A DNA stretch of 64,000 nt from an uncultured Gammaproteobacteria bacterium (GCA_964402425.1 CAYOCD010000004.1:3318-67317); one strand, 5' to 3'. Counted from the first letter of the stretch, positions 1 to 10,050 are shown. The notes: generated by a model not told the origin, from the letters alone. Numbers and translations: made by a program.

Positions 1-1176
1 ATCATTCACTCGAGAAAGAATCGGATTCTGAAAATCCTTTTCGCGAGGCTCTTGAGTGAAATCATCATCTCCACGAATCGCATGCTGGATCCAGAAAGGA
101 AAATCAGAGAGAATCTCAAGTTGTTCATTTGTTGGAAGAACCTTGCTGTGGTAGTAGTTCGAGACCGCCGCAAGAAACTCTTGAATGAGACGAGCCTTTT
201 GTAAAATGACGAGCGAGCGATATGCACGATGCACAAACGACTTTGCTGCATGCATTTTGATAGGATCGCGATCGTAAGCCGCTTTATCCATAAGGTCTAC
301 CGCTTGAGACAAATCTTCGCCCACATGCTTGAAGACATGTGCGAACGGACGCGCTGTCAGATTACCGAGCGGTTTCACACTCATGCGAATGCGAGCTGCC
401 GCCATACGAACTTTGCGCGGTGTGCAACCTGTCCCAAACACCCCTTCTGGTCGCAGCAATTGCTGGAGGTCGTTCATCGAGGTGCTCACAGCTGTTGTGT
501 AAGCATCAATGAACAACTGAAGCATCATCGCACGATGATCCATGCGTTCGCCAATATGGCTCACTTCTTGAATCCGTGTCCAGAGTGCCAGATCTACGGT
601 CAGATACATAAGCGGAAGCCGGCCAGGATTAATTCGCCCACGGCGATCCTTTACCTGCATAGCTTCCACAGACTTCTCGAGCGCACGCGACTTGTGCTCA
701 TTACGCACATTCTTGTGGGGACCAATCGCCCGCCATGCGCGCGCCGTATATTCGAGCTGTCCATCAACGAGCCTAACCTCGCGCGTCCATGTGATCTTCG
801 TGAGTTCATCACCTTCTGCACGCCACGCCTCCATGGCCGGAATCTCCTCCGCCTTATAGCGCGGATTAAGACGGCCCATCGCACGCAAGGCGTCAAACAA
901 ATTGTCGTAGACGATGAAGAGTTCATTCTCGGATTTAAGACGCCGCGAGAGTTCCAGATTGCGAACAAGGACTTGTCCCACCTTTATTCTGAAGTCATGA
1001 ACAAGCGGCAAGCTAGAAATAATGTAGAGCGAGTTCGGAATTAAAACGGCCGCTTCGAGTTTAATGACCTGCTCGTCTTCGCCACTCCTACGAATGTGGT
1101 AGACCCGGTGTTCATAGTTCAGCCTATGAAGATCGATGTTCAAAAGAGCACCTGTTCTTTCTGCCAATTTCGACAT
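1..1176 (-). CDS. hypothetical protein, partial (C-terminus lies beyond the window start)
   Basis: Hand translation from the ATG at about 1176 stays open to position 1 (MSKLAERTGALLNIDLHRLNYEHRVYHIRRSGEDEQVIKLEAAV...). It is missing from the ORF track, which lists only ORFs with an in-window stop. The region is GC-richer than the rest and shows multi-frame ORFs. I found no recognisable family. Confidence 0.5.
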   Translation of the reverse strand, partial: MSKLAERTGALLNIDLHRLNYEHRVYHIRRSGEDEQVIKLEAAVLIPNSLYIISSLPLVHDFRIKVGQVLVRNLELSRRLKSENELFIVYDNLFDALRAMGRLNPRYKAEEIPAMEAWRAEGDELTKITWTREVRLVDGQLEYTARAWRAIGPHKNVRNEHKSRALEKSVEAMQVKDRRGRINPGRLPLMYLTVDLALWTRIQEVSHIGERMDHRAMMLQLFIDAYTTAVSTSMNDLQQLLRPEGVFGTGCTPRKVRMAAARIRMSVKPLGNLTARPFAHVFKHVGEDLSQAVDLMDKAAYDRDPIKMHAAKSFVHRAYRSLVILQKARLIQEFLAAVSNYYHSKVLPTNEQLEILSDFPFWIQHAIRGDDDFTQEPREKDFQNPILSRVND

Positions 1177-1218
1177 ACAACACCTCCTTATGTTTGGTTG
1201 AGTCGAAGCGAAAAGGTA

Positions 1219-1254
1219 ACAAAAAAAGAAGGGAGTGTCAACCCTTCTTTTATC
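1219..1254 (-). terminator. rho-independent terminator downstream of mltG (hairpin agaagggagtgtcaacccttct with flanking A/T runs)
   Basis: Inverted repeat with a T-run on the minus-strand reading; position approximate. Confidence 0.5.
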
Positions 1255-2184
1255 TTATCGTAGGTATTTTTGCTTATTTGCTACGTGCTGATCATGTGTT
1301 TGTGCGTAAATAACCGTATTGTCCTTTGTAGTCAAAAAGTAGAAGTCTTTGGACGGGGTTGGGTTTAGCACAGCAAGAATCGCATTGATTCCTGGATTAC
1401 AAATCGGAGTTGGCGGAAGCCCTTTACGCGTATACGTATTATACGGGGAATCCGTTTTCAGATCTGCCGATGTGAGTGTCGCACTCGTTTTTTGATTGAT
1501 ATAGGTAAGAGTGGAATCCACCTGAAGCGGCATACCGATCTTCATCCGATTAAATAAAATTCCCGCAACACGTTTCATATCTTCCGGAGTCTGTACTTCT
1601 TTTTCAATGATCGAGGCCATGATCAGGGTATCATTAGAAATTTCCACAAGGCCTTTTTCTGCCAATCGACGATCAAGCGTTGAGCGCATTTTTTGAACAA
1701 TCTCATCTACACTTACCGTTTTTGAAAATCGATACGTATCTGGAAAAAGAGACCCTTCAAGATTTTTTGTTTGTTTGTCCCAAGCAACTTGATCAAAATC
1801 CGGAAAAGCATCGACAAGTCTCACTTTGATCTGATCGTTTGTGAATCCCTCCGGGATGGTCACCTGAACCTCTGATGTCCGAACATTTGATAAAAGCAAA
1901 ACAAGTGAAGCGATGGAAGTGCCTGGTGTAAGAGAAAAAGTTCCTGCTTGAAGTTTGGTTTGTGTTTGTGAAAGCTCGACGAACAATTTAAAGAAAAGAG
2001 GATGTGCAACAAGACCAGCTTTTTCTAAGTGAGAAGTAATCGCTTGCACCGAATCCCCTTGTTCAATCACGATCTCGACAGGCTTTACATCTTTTTTCGG
2101 CGAAACCAAAAATACATCATAGACAAATACACCTCCCACCACAACAACACACAAGAGGAACAGCCAAATTATTTTTCTCATCAT
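1255..2184 (-). CDS. mltG: endolytic murein transglycosylase MltG (YceG-like)
   Basis: N-terminal TM anchor and a YceG-family core including the GLPPTPICNPG motif. Confidence 0.85.
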   Translation of the reverse strand: MMRKIIWLFLLCVVVVGGVFVYDVFLVSPKKDVKPVEIVIEQGDSVQAITSHLEKAGLVAHPLFFKLFVELSQTQTKLQAGTFSLTPGTSIASLVLLLSNVRTSEVQVTIPEGFTNDQIKVRLVDAFPDFDQVAWDKQTKNLEGSLFPDTYRFSKTVSVDEIVQKMRSTLDRRLAEKGLVEISNDTLIMASIIEKEVQTPEDMKRVAGILFNRMKIGMPLQVDSTLTYINQKTSATLTSADLKTDSPYNTYTRKGLPPTPICNPGINAILAVLNPTPSKDFYFLTTKDNTVIYAQTHDQHVANKQKYLR

Positions 2185-2675
2185 ACGTTCGTTTTTTTAC
2201 CATGACAGTCAATGTATTGTTCACCCGAACCACAAAAACAAATCTTCGTGTCACGATCTTTTGCGGTCAACCATGAACTCGACTGCACTTTTCCTCCACG
2301 TCCGATTCCAAACACAAGTTCGATTCCAAGTTCCTTCGCTAAAATCGCTTCTGGAATATTATCCGCAAATCGATCGCCGCCATTTGCAAAAATATCTGGA
2401 TGAATTTCGCGCAGTGATTCACACACACTTCTGTCAGGATCATTTTCAGCATGCTTTGTAAGGACCACTCTCGAGACACCCTCAAGCGCCTCAATGATTT
2501 CTTGCCGCTCTGCTTCTGGCATAAAGACAAAACCCTTTTTTGCCATGAGCCAATTGTCGTTGTTAAGAATTACAACAAGTTCATCGCCAAGAGCTCTCGC
2601 TTCGCGAATCATACGAACGTGGCCAATATGAATGGGGTCGAATCCGCCAGAGACCGCGACGAGCTTATGAGGCAT
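2181..2675 (-). CDS. cytidylyl/adenylyl-transferase-like protein (RfaE domain II / TagD-like) with a C-terminal SEC-C motif
   Basis: SGGFDPIHIGH nucleotidyltransferase (HxGH) motif; the C-terminus CFCGSGEQYIDCHGK matches the SEC-C metal-binding consensus; 4-nt overlap with mltG. Confidence 0.7.
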   Translation of the reverse strand: MPHKLVAVSGGFDPIHIGHVRMIREARALGDELVVILNNDNWLMAKKGFVFMPEAERQEIIEALEGVSRVVLTKHAENDPDRSVCESLREIHPDIFANGGDRFADNIPEAILAKELGIELVFGIGRGGKVQSSSWLTAKDRDTKICFCGSGEQYIDCHGKKTNV

Positions 2676-2717
2676 AGAGAAATTTGAAATGTCGGAAATA
2701 TTTGAAAAGTAAATCGA

Positions 2718-3293
2718 TTAACTTCCGTAGGTATAGGCAAGAGCGATCAAGACCCATGGCAAAAAAAATCCGAGCACAGCACCAACAATCACGTCTGAAA
2801 AATAATGAACTCCAACAGCAACACGAGAAAGAGCAACCCAAGCTGCGTAGAAGAAAAATAAAATAACTCCTATCAAGGCTGTTGTTTGTGAAATATGTGA
2901 AATGCTAGATGTCCACCAAGACAAACTTGTGATCGCGAGAAATACGAGCGCAAATGAGAGAGATGTATGTGCTGAAGGAAATGACGGAGTCTTGCACATG
3001 AGTGGAATACGCGCCTCGTAAAGTTTACATTCAAATGGGCGTTTGCGACGAACAAGAAGCTGCAAAAGAAATGTGATAAACCAAACCATTCCTATCATTT
3101 GTACAAACCCAAATATTTGACCATTCGAAATAGGCGTACATAATGGAAAAACGTCTGGCGTGATCAGTACGGTCATGAATCCTAAAACATAAATCGCATA
3201 TCTTGCTCCCACCACAGAAAAAAATAAAAATACAGGCGTTGCATGCGCACGATCGTAAATCCATTTTGAAATAGTATGATCTAGATTTTTCAT
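2718..3293 (-). CDS. PAP2-family phosphatase (undecaprenyl-diphosphatase / PgpB-like membrane protein)
   Basis: KX6RP (RRKRPFE), PSGH-like (SFPSAHTS) and SRX5HX3D (SRVAVGVHYFSDV) motifs; multiple TM segments. Confidence 0.75.
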   Translation of the reverse strand: MKNLDHTISKWIYDRAHATPVFLFFSVVGARYAIYVLGFMTVLITPDVFPLCTPISNGQIFGFVQMIGMVWFITFLLQLLVRRKRPFECKLYEARIPLMCKTPSFPSAHTSLSFALVFLAITSLSWWTSSISHISQTTALIGVILFFFYAAWVALSRVAVGVHYFSDVIVGAVLGFFLPWVLIALAYTYGS

Positions 3294-4003
3294 GTAGCTT
3301 TTTCACGCAATGTTTCCAAAACAGTTTCTCTTCGATCGATATCTGCAAGAATCTCCTCTGCATTTTTTGGCAACACCAAATTCTTTTTCTTAAACGCACA
3401 CGGTTCGCGAACCGGACACGCCCAACAACGCGGGGATCGGATACAAATATATCTTCCAAGTTTTACGAAGACTCGATTCACTGTTTGATGATACCGCGAC
3501 GGAACAAGATCGAGAAGTTTCTGCTCCGCTTCTTCAACTGTTTTCGATCGAACCCAGCCGAGTCGGTTCGTCACACGAAATACGTGCGTATCGACCGCAA
3601 TCGCGGTTTTATCGAACGAACACACAAGCACCACACTCGCCGTTTTTCGTCCGACACCTGCGAGCGTAACAAGCTCGTCCATCGTCGATGGAATCTTTCC
3701 GTCGAACTTTTCCACAACATCCGTCGCCATCTTTTTCAAATTCTTTGCTTTCTGTTTATACATTCCAATCGTGTTGATCTTCGATTCAATCTCGCTCGTC
3801 GTCGCCTTCGACAATTTCTCCACACTCGAAAACGCGTTCCAGAAACCCGGAAGCAACTTCAGAACCTGCTCATCTCGCGTCCGCGCCGACAACATCACAG
3901 CAACAAGATTCTGATACGGACTCCCAAGCTCCATCGCACCCGGATTTGGAAACTGTTTTTTGAGGATTTTAAGCGTGGAGATGATTTGATTCATAGTTGT
4001 CAT
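3290..4003 (-). CDS. nth: endonuclease III (HhH-GPD base-excision glycosylase with a 4Fe-4S cluster)
   Basis: HhH-GPD motif LVTLAGVGRKTASVV and C-X6-C-X2-C-X5-C (CIRSPRCWACPVREPC). The track start ATG is donated by the repeat-element end TGTCAT; the true start may be the internal MNQIIS. Confidence 0.9.
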   Translation of the reverse strand: MTTMNQIISTLKILKKQFPNPGAMELGSPYQNLVAVMLSARTRDEQVLKLLPGFWNAFSSVEKLSKATTSEIESKINTIGMYKQKAKNLKKMATDVVEKFDGKIPSTMDELVTLAGVGRKTASVVLVCSFDKTAIAVDTHVFRVTNRLGWVRSKTVEEAEQKLLDLVPSRYHQTVNRVFVKLGRYICIRSPRCWACPVREPCAFKKKNLVLPKNAEEILADIDRRETVLETLREKAT

Positions 4004-4091
4004 TGCGAGGAGTTCGACGACGAAGCAATCTTGTGTCGATCATGAGAGAAACGCAAAGACGGCTTCGCTTCGCTCGCAATGACACAATTCC

Positions 4092-5672
4092 CTAAACAAG
4101 CGGCTGCCCGGTCATCAGCTCTGGTTGCGGAATACCAAGCACCGTCAAAATGGTTGGCGCGACGTCTGCGAGCATGCCAACCGGTGTCATGAGGGAGAGA
4201 TCGCCATCTGGAACTTCGCCTGCAATACTTGGCTGGCCTTCGAATTGTTTTCCGATAATGATAAACGGAACGGGATTCGTTGCATGTTCTTTATCAATGT
4301 CCCCTGTTCGTAAATTTTTGAGTTCTTCTGCATTTCCGTGATCTGCCGTAATAAACACATACCCTTCACGTGAAAGCGCTGCGTCAACAATCTTTCCAAC
4401 ACACTCATCAATCACTTCAACCGCTTTTTGCGTTGCTGCCATATTTCCTGTATGAGCCACCATATCTGGATTCGCAAAATTCATGGCAATAAAGTCATAG
4501 GCATTTGACTGAATAGCTTTCACCACACGATCTGTCACCTCACGCGCACTCATTTCTGGCGCAAGGTCATAAGACGCAACTTTTGGTGATGGAACAATTT
4601 GTCTGTCTTCTCCTGGAAAAGGTTCTTCCCGCGTACCATTTAAAAAAAATGTAACGTGTGCATACTTCTCTGTTTCTGCAATGTGTAACTGTGTCATGCC
4701 CTTTTCCGAAAACACCTGAGCAAGACATTGCTCGATTTTCTCCGGCGGATAGACAACCTCAACAGGCAAACCACTTTCATACTCCGCCATCGTCACCACA
4801 AACAAATTCTCAACCTGTGTTCGCACAAACGAATCGAACGTCGGCACTACAAAAGCTTTCGTTATTTCACGCATGCGATCCGGACGGAAATTGAAAAAGA
4901 TCACCGCATCATTCTCCGCAACCGTCGCGATAGGTTTTCCATTCTCCGTCATCACGGTTGGAACAAACTGTTCGTCATACACTTCTTTTTGATAAGACAC
5001 TTTCAGGGCATCAAGCGGATCTGCTGCCATTTCTCCTGTCCCGAGCACTATTGCGTTATACGCTTTTTCAATGCGATCCCAACGGTTATCACGATCCATC
5101 GCAAAATACCGACCGCTCATGGAAGCAATCTTTCCGGCACCAATCTCTTTTATTTTATTTTGCAGATTTCCAATGAAATCTATTCCGGCATTATAAATTG
5201 TGTCGCGACCATCCACGATCGCCTGAACATAAACATCTACGATCCCTTGTTGCTTTGCGAACTCTAAAAGCGCATAACAATGTTCATCCATCGCATGAAT
5301 TCCACCCGGACTGATTTGGCCAATTAAATGCAGCTTACTGTTGTGTTTCTTCACATGCTCTGCCGCATCGAGAAGGGCTTGTTTCTGGAAAAAATCTCCC
5401 GCAAGAATATCCCGATTGATACGTGGAAACAATTGATAATACACACGCCCTGCTCCAATCGCGAGATGTCCTACTTCTGAATTTCCCATCTCTCCCCACG
5501 ACAAACCAACTTCTTCCCCAGAAGCTTTAAGCGTCATTGTTGGATACATCCGAATATACGTACGCATATTCGGCATGTCTGCCTGCACGATTGGATTTCC
5601 GTCTGAAGCCGGCGCAACACCAAATCCATCAAGGATCATGAGCACGGTTGGTTTTTTTATTGCGTCAGACAT
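4092..5672 (-). CDS. gpmI: 2,3-bisphosphoglycerate-independent phosphoglycerate mutase
   Basis: Full-length iPGM homology (ADHGNAE motif). The track ORF starts at a TTG at 5708 inside a repeat element; the likely true start is MSDAIKKPTVLMILDG at 5672. Confidence 0.9.
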   Translation of the reverse strand: MSDAIKKPTVLMILDGFGVAPASDGNPIVQADMPNMRTYIRMYPTMTLKASGEEVGLSWGEMGNSEVGHLAIGAGRVYYQLFPRINRDILAGDFFQKQALLDAAEHVKKHNSKLHLIGQISPGGIHAMDEHCYALLEFAKQQGIVDVYVQAIVDGRDTIYNAGIDFIGNLQNKIKEIGAGKIASMSGRYFAMDRDNRWDRIEKAYNAIVLGTGEMAADPLDALKVSYQKEVYDEQFVPTVMTENGKPIATVAENDAVIFFNFRPDRMREITKAFVVPTFDSFVRTQVENLFVVTMAEYESGLPVEVVYPPEKIEQCLAQVFSEKGMTQLHIAETEKYAHVTFFLNGTREEPFPGEDRQIVPSPKVASYDLAPEMSAREVTDRVVKAIQSNAYDFIAMNFANPDMVAHTGNMAATQKAVEVIDECVGKIVDAALSREGYVFITADHGNAEELKNLRTGDIDKEHATNPVPFIIIGKQFEGQPSIAGEVPDGDLSLMTPVGMLADVAPTILTVLGIPQPELMTGQPLV

Positions 5673-5811
5673 ATTGTTTATTTTATAGTGTGTCACCCCA
5701 CACTTCAAAGCAGCCCCCCACGACCGCTACCTGTTTAGTCGAAGGATCTCACGTTGATCATGTGATTCGATGGAAAACTCGAGATTCTTCGCTTCGCTCA
5801 GAATGACACAA

Positions 5812-7071
5812 TTAAGAAACCTCCTCTTCAATCTCCATGACGCGATTATATTTTTCGAGACGTTCTGATCGGGACAATGAACCTGTCTTGATGTAATCCG
5901 CATTCACCGCAACAGCGAGATCCGCAATGGTTGTGTCCGCTGTTTCTCCTGAACGATGCGAAACAGAAACTTTATAACCGTATTGTTGCGCAAGCAAAAT
6001 CGTATCGATTGTTTCTGACAATGATCCAATCTGATTCAATTTGATCAAAATCGCATTCGCTGCCTTCTTCTCAATACCATCCGCAAGACGATTTGCGTTT
6101 GTGACAAAGAAATCATCACCCACAAGAACGGTTTTCTTTCCAAGGAGCTCTGTCATCTCTGTCCAACCCGTCCAGTCATCTTGATCAAGTCCGTCTTCAA
6201 GTGAAATGATGGGATATTTTGCAAGCCACTTTTTCCACATGGCAATCATGTCTTTTGATGTGTTGGATTTTTTGTCGACACGAAGCGTGTAGCGCTTTGA
6301 TTTTGCATCGTAAAGTTCAGAGACGGCCGGATCCATCGCAAGGAACACATCCTTACCTGCTGTATATCCGGCAAGTTTAATCGCTTGCATGATCGCAACA
6401 AATGCATCTTCGTTTTTTTTGAACGGAACCGCATATCCTCCTTCATCTCCCTTCAATGTTGAGAAACCCTTCTTCTTCAATAATCCGCCGAGGGTATGAA
6501 AAATCTCTGCTCCGCAACGAACACGTTCTTTAAATTTCTTTTGGGTTGGAACAATCATGAACTCCTGAAAATCCAAAATCCATCCCGCGTGCGCCCCGCC
6601 ATTCAAGACGTTCATGGTTGGGATTGGCATGCGAAATGTTTTGTATTTGAGATCGAAAGCTTGTCGAAGATATACGTAAAGTGGCAACTTCTTTGATCGC
6701 GCCGCTGCATGCGCACACGCAAGCGAAACACCAAGAATAGCGTTTGCTCCGAGCTTCGATTTGTTCTGTGTTCCGTCGAGAGCAATCATGGTCGCATCAA
6801 TCTTGCGTTGATCTGTCACATCCATTCCAACAAGAGCTTTTGCAATGGGACCATTCACATGCTTCACCGCTTTCAACACCCCTTGTCCGCCATAGCGTTT
6901 TGCATCCCCATCACGCAACTCGAGGGCTTCATGAATCCCTGTCGACGCACCGCTTGGAACCGAAGCAGAGCCGCTCGTTCCATCCCCAAGGAGGACCGTA
7001 ACGTTCACGGTTGGATTTCCGCGTGAATCAAGAACCTCATGCGCATGAATGGATTCAATGTGAAACGACAT
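5812..7071 (-). CDS. eno: enolase
   Basis: MSFHIESIHAHEVLDSRGNPTV N-terminus; enolase signature throughout. Confidence 0.95.
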   Translation of the reverse strand: MSFHIESIHAHEVLDSRGNPTVNVTVLLGDGTSGSASVPSGASTGIHEALELRDGDAKRYGGQGVLKAVKHVNGPIAKALVGMDVTDQRKIDATMIALDGTQNKSKLGANAILGVSLACAHAAARSKKLPLYVYLRQAFDLKYKTFRMPIPTMNVLNGGAHAGWILDFQEFMIVPTQKKFKERVRCGAEIFHTLGGLLKKKGFSTLKGDEGGYAVPFKKNEDAFVAIMQAIKLAGYTAGKDVFLAMDPAVSELYDAKSKRYTLRVDKKSNTSKDMIAMWKKWLAKYPIISLEDGLDQDDWTGWTEMTELLGKKTVLVGDDFFVTNANRLADGIEKKAANAILIKLNQIGSLSETIDTILLAQQYGYKVSVSHRSGETADTTIADLAVAVNADYIKTGSLSRSERLEKYNRVMEIEEEVS

Positions 7072-7078
7072 AAAAAAA

Positions 7079-7336
7079 TTACTTCATTTTTAATTGTAAA
7101 ACGGAAATAGCTTTTCCAATACGATGCGTGATTACCACAACAAGAATCGTGATGAAAACCGCATACGAAAATTTTGCGATGAGCGAATTTTGATCTGGAA
7201 AAAGTGAATTGAACAAATCTTGAATCGCGGTATTCCACGCGAGGGCAGCAACAAGTCCAAGACCAGCTGTAACAAGGGCTTGTATTTGTTCAAGGACGGC
7301 AAGACGAAAGGAAAATTGTTCTTGTTGTGTAGACAT
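7079..7336 (-). CDS. small hypothetical membrane protein (85 aa) inside the glycolytic operon
   Basis: Two hydrophobic helices, tightly packed between pgk and eno; function unknown. Confidence 0.5.
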   Translation of the reverse strand: MSTQQEQFSFRLAVLEQIQALVTAGLGLVAALAWNTAIQDLFNSLFPDQNSLIAKFSYAVFITILVVVITHRIGKAISVLQLKMK

Positions 7337-7338
7337 AA

Positions 7339-8526
7339 TTATTCTGTTTCTAAGACTTCAAGTCCGGGCAGTTTTTTTCCTCCAAGAAATTCAAGAAGGG
7401 CTCCACCACCGGTTGATAAAAGGGTAAATTTATCAGCGAGATGTGCGGATTCCAATACAGGAACGGTATCTCCCCCACCAACAATCGTTGTTGCGGATCC
7501 GGTTCGCTCCGCAATCGCTTTTGCCACAACAAGTGTTCCATGACAAAACTTTGGAATCTCTGTCATGCCAAGCGGACCATTCCACACAACCGTTTTTGCG
7601 TTTTCAAGCTCATCTTCAAATCGTGCAAGAGTCTTTTTCCCAAGATCAACAATTCGGTCACTGGATTTAACCGCATCAATTGAAACACAACGTGTTTGCG
7701 CGTCTTTGCGTACAGAGCTTGAAACAATGACATCCACAGGTAGAACAAGTTTGTCTTTTGCTTTTGCAAGAAGAGCTTTTGCCTCTTTTACTCCATCCAC
7801 ATCATACACAGATTTTCCAACCGTAAATCCTTGCGCAACCAAAAACGTGGTTGCAAGAGCACCCCCAATTAAAATTTTTTCCGCGGACGTCAAGAAACGT
7901 TCAATGACCGGAAGTTTTGTTTCAATTTTGAGTCCGCCCATGACAAGAACAAACGGGTGTTTCATTCCTTTATCGAGTTTTGAGAGAACGGTAATTTCAT
8001 TTTCAAGAAGCGGCCCAGCAAATGACGGAAGGTCAGATGTAATCGCATCAACAGACGCATGTGCGCGATGAGAAACAGCGAACGCGTCATTCACATAGAT
8101 ATCTCCGAGTGACGCAAGAGCTTGTGCAAACGAAGGGGCGTTCGTTTCTTCACGTGCATCAAATCGTAAATTCTCGAGCAAAAGAACATCTCCGTTTTTC
8201 ATTTGTTCGATTAATTTTACCACTTTCGGTCCAACGATTTCTTTACTCAATGTCACACGAGATTTCAAAAGACCTCCCAAACGTTTTGCAACAGGTTTCA
8301 GCGAACAAGACGCAACACGTTTTCCGTTTGGTCTTCCTAAATGTGAAAGCACAATCACTTTTGCCCCACGCTGACTTAACCAATCAATATCAACAGCAGA
8401 ACGCGCAATGCGTCCGTGTGGGCCATCCACAGCTTTTCCTTTTTGGATTGGAACATTTCCGTCAATGCGAATAAGCACACGCTTTCCCGCAAAATCCACA
8501 TCTGATTTAAGTTTTCGAAGCTTCAT
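7339..8526 (-). CDS. pgk: phosphoglycerate kinase
   Basis: MKLRKLKSDVDFAGKRVLIRIDGNVP is a canonical PGK N-terminus; the track ORF extends to 8559, and I chose the internal Met. Confidence 0.93.
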   Translation of the reverse strand: MKLRKLKSDVDFAGKRVLIRIDGNVPIQKGKAVDGPHGRIARSAVDIDWLSQRGAKVIVLSHLGRPNGKRVASCSLKPVAKRLGGLLKSRVTLSKEIVGPKVVKLIEQMKNGDVLLLENLRFDAREETNAPSFAQALASLGDIYVNDAFAVSHRAHASVDAITSDLPSFAGPLLENEITVLSKLDKGMKHPFVLVMGGLKIETKLPVIERFLTSAEKILIGGALATTFLVAQGFTVGKSVYDVDGVKEAKALLAKAKDKLVLPVDVIVSSSVRKDAQTRCVSIDAVKSSDRIVDLGKKTLARFEDELENAKTVVWNGPLGMTEIPKFCHGTLVVAKAIAERTGSATTIVGGGDTVPVLESAHLADKFTLLSTGGGALLEFLGGKKLPGLEVLETE

Positions 8527-8537
8527 AACACCCATTC

Positions 8538-9035
8538 CTAAAACAATTTCAAAAGCCATGATCGTGACTGAACAACCTTCAAACGAGAAACAAAGAAATC
8601 AAGTCCAAACCAATGACCGAATTCACCAAATAAAAATAATCCGGAAACAAGCGCGTAAATAATATGTTCGTCAACAAATCCATGAGCTGTATTCATGGTC
8701 CAACCAGACACATAAAATAACAACATCATGATCACATTGAAAAACGCTGCAGGCTTTATAAACAATCCTGTTAAAAACGCAAGACCGATCAAAAGCTGAC
8801 CATACATCACAAGACTGTCAACGACAGGATTTCCTCCCAAAGATTGAAACCATACAGAAAACGGACCACTTGCATACTGCAAATACCCTACCGCACTCCA
8901 ATCAGGCACACTCATTTTTGCCCATGCTGCATTCAACATGAGAAACGCCATAGCAAAACGCAACAAGACGCACAGAACAATGAACCCTTTTGCATCCGCT
9001 GCGCGAGCCAAACGATCAAATGATGAGGTTTTCAT
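8538..9035 (-). CDS. DoxX-family membrane protein
   Basis: Four-TM DoxX-like hydrophobic profile (about 165 aa), sitting between gap and pgk. Confidence 0.65.
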   Translation of the reverse strand: MKTSSFDRLARAADAKGFIVLCVLLRFAMAFLMLNAAWAKMSVPDWSAVGYLQYASGPFSVWFQSLGGNPVVDSLVMYGQLLIGLAFLTGLFIKPAAFFNVIMMLLFYVSGWTMNTAHGFVDEHIIYALVSGLFLFGEFGHWFGLDFFVSRLKVVQSRSWLLKLF

Positions 9036-9039
9036 AAAA

Positions 9040-10050
9040 TTACTTTATCTTGCCAACATATTGAACAAGATCGAGGAGTCTTTGTGTATATCCCCATTCG
9101 TTGTCATACCACGCAAGCACCTTCACTAAATCTCCATCTACAACGCGTGTCATTTGCAAATCTACGACAGAACCAAAAGACGTTTGGATGAAATCTGTTG
9201 AAACAAGAGGTTCTTCTGTCACTCCCAAAATCCCTTTCCATCGAGCTGATTTTGCCGCATCTTTAAAGATTTTATTGACTTCTTCTTTTGTTGTTTTCTT
9301 TCCAACCAAGAACGTAAAGTCTGTAAGAGAAACATCAATGGACGGCACACGAATTGCAATTCCATCAAACTTATCTTTAAGTGTTGTCACAACCTCCGTT
9401 GTTGCTTTCGCAGCACCTGTTGATGTTGGAACGATATTAATGAGAGCAGAACGAGCGCGACGTAAATCTGGATGACGCGCAGGCGGAAGACCATCGACAA
9501 GATTTTGTTCTGCAGTAACCGAGTGAATGGTTGTAAGCATGGCTTTTTTCACTCCAAGCGTTTCCGTCATGATTTGCACAGCCGGACCAACAGAGTTCGT
9601 GGTACAGGATGCATTATTTACAATTGTATCTGTTTTTTTACAAAGTTTATGATTTACTCCCATGAGGTATGTTGGGGCGTCTTCAGATGGAGCCGAAATA
9701 ACAACCCGCTTTGCGCCGGCTGTAATGTGCTTTCCCGCATCCTCTTTCTTTGTGAAACGTCCTGTTGATTCGATTACAACATCCACTTTCAAATCTTTCC
9801 ATGGCAACAAGGCTGGATCCATAGCTGTCAGAACCGGAATTTTTACTCCATCAATCATCAAATGATCCTTTCCCGCTTTCACATCATGTGCCCATACACG
9901 AAACGTTGAATCATACTTCAACAAATGAGCAAGAATTGCTGGTTCCGTAAGATCATTTATAGCAACAATCTGAAGATCTTTGCGCTCATACGCCGCACGA
10001 AGCGCCACGCGACCAATGCGACCAAACCCATTAATAGCAACTCGAAGCAT
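9040..10050 (-). CDS. gap: glyceraldehyde-3-phosphate dehydrogenase
   Basis: NGFGRIGR Rossmann motif and catalytic SCTTN region. Confidence 0.95.
   Translation of the reverse strand: MLRVAINGFGRIGRVALRAAYERKDLQIVAINDLTEPAILAHLLKYDSTFRVWAHDVKAGKDHLMIDGVKIPVLTAMDPALLPWKDLKVDVVIESTGRFTKKEDAGKHITAGAKRVVISAPSEDAPTYLMGVNHKLCKKTDTIVNNASCTTNSVGPAVQIMTETLGVKKAMLTTIHSVTAEQNLVDGLPPARHPDLRRARSALINIVPTSTGAAKATTEVVTTLKDKFDGIAIRVPSIDVSLTDFTFLVGKKTTKEEVNKIFKDAAKSARWKGILGVTEEPLVSTDFIQTSFGSVVDLQMTRVVDGDLVKVLAWYDNEWGYTQRLLDLVQYVGKIK

Noticed and set aside
651-968. 105-aa Arg-rich minus-strand ORF
   Set aside because: It is an alternative frame of the same GC-rich region with low-complexity basic composition.
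229-1044. 271-aa plus-strand ORF rich in H/R/C
   Set aside because: It is antisense to the better-supported minus-strand partial gene. Its composition is implausible, as is typical of off-frame ORFs in GC-rich DNA.
3485-4045. 186-aa plus-strand ORF
   Set aside because: It is antisense to nth, which has clear homology. Its composition is R/H-rich.
4728-5267. 179-aa plus-strand ORF
   Set aside because: It is antisense to gpmI.
7565-8071. 168-aa plus-strand ORF (Ser/Thr/Arg-rich)
   Set aside because: It is antisense to pgk.
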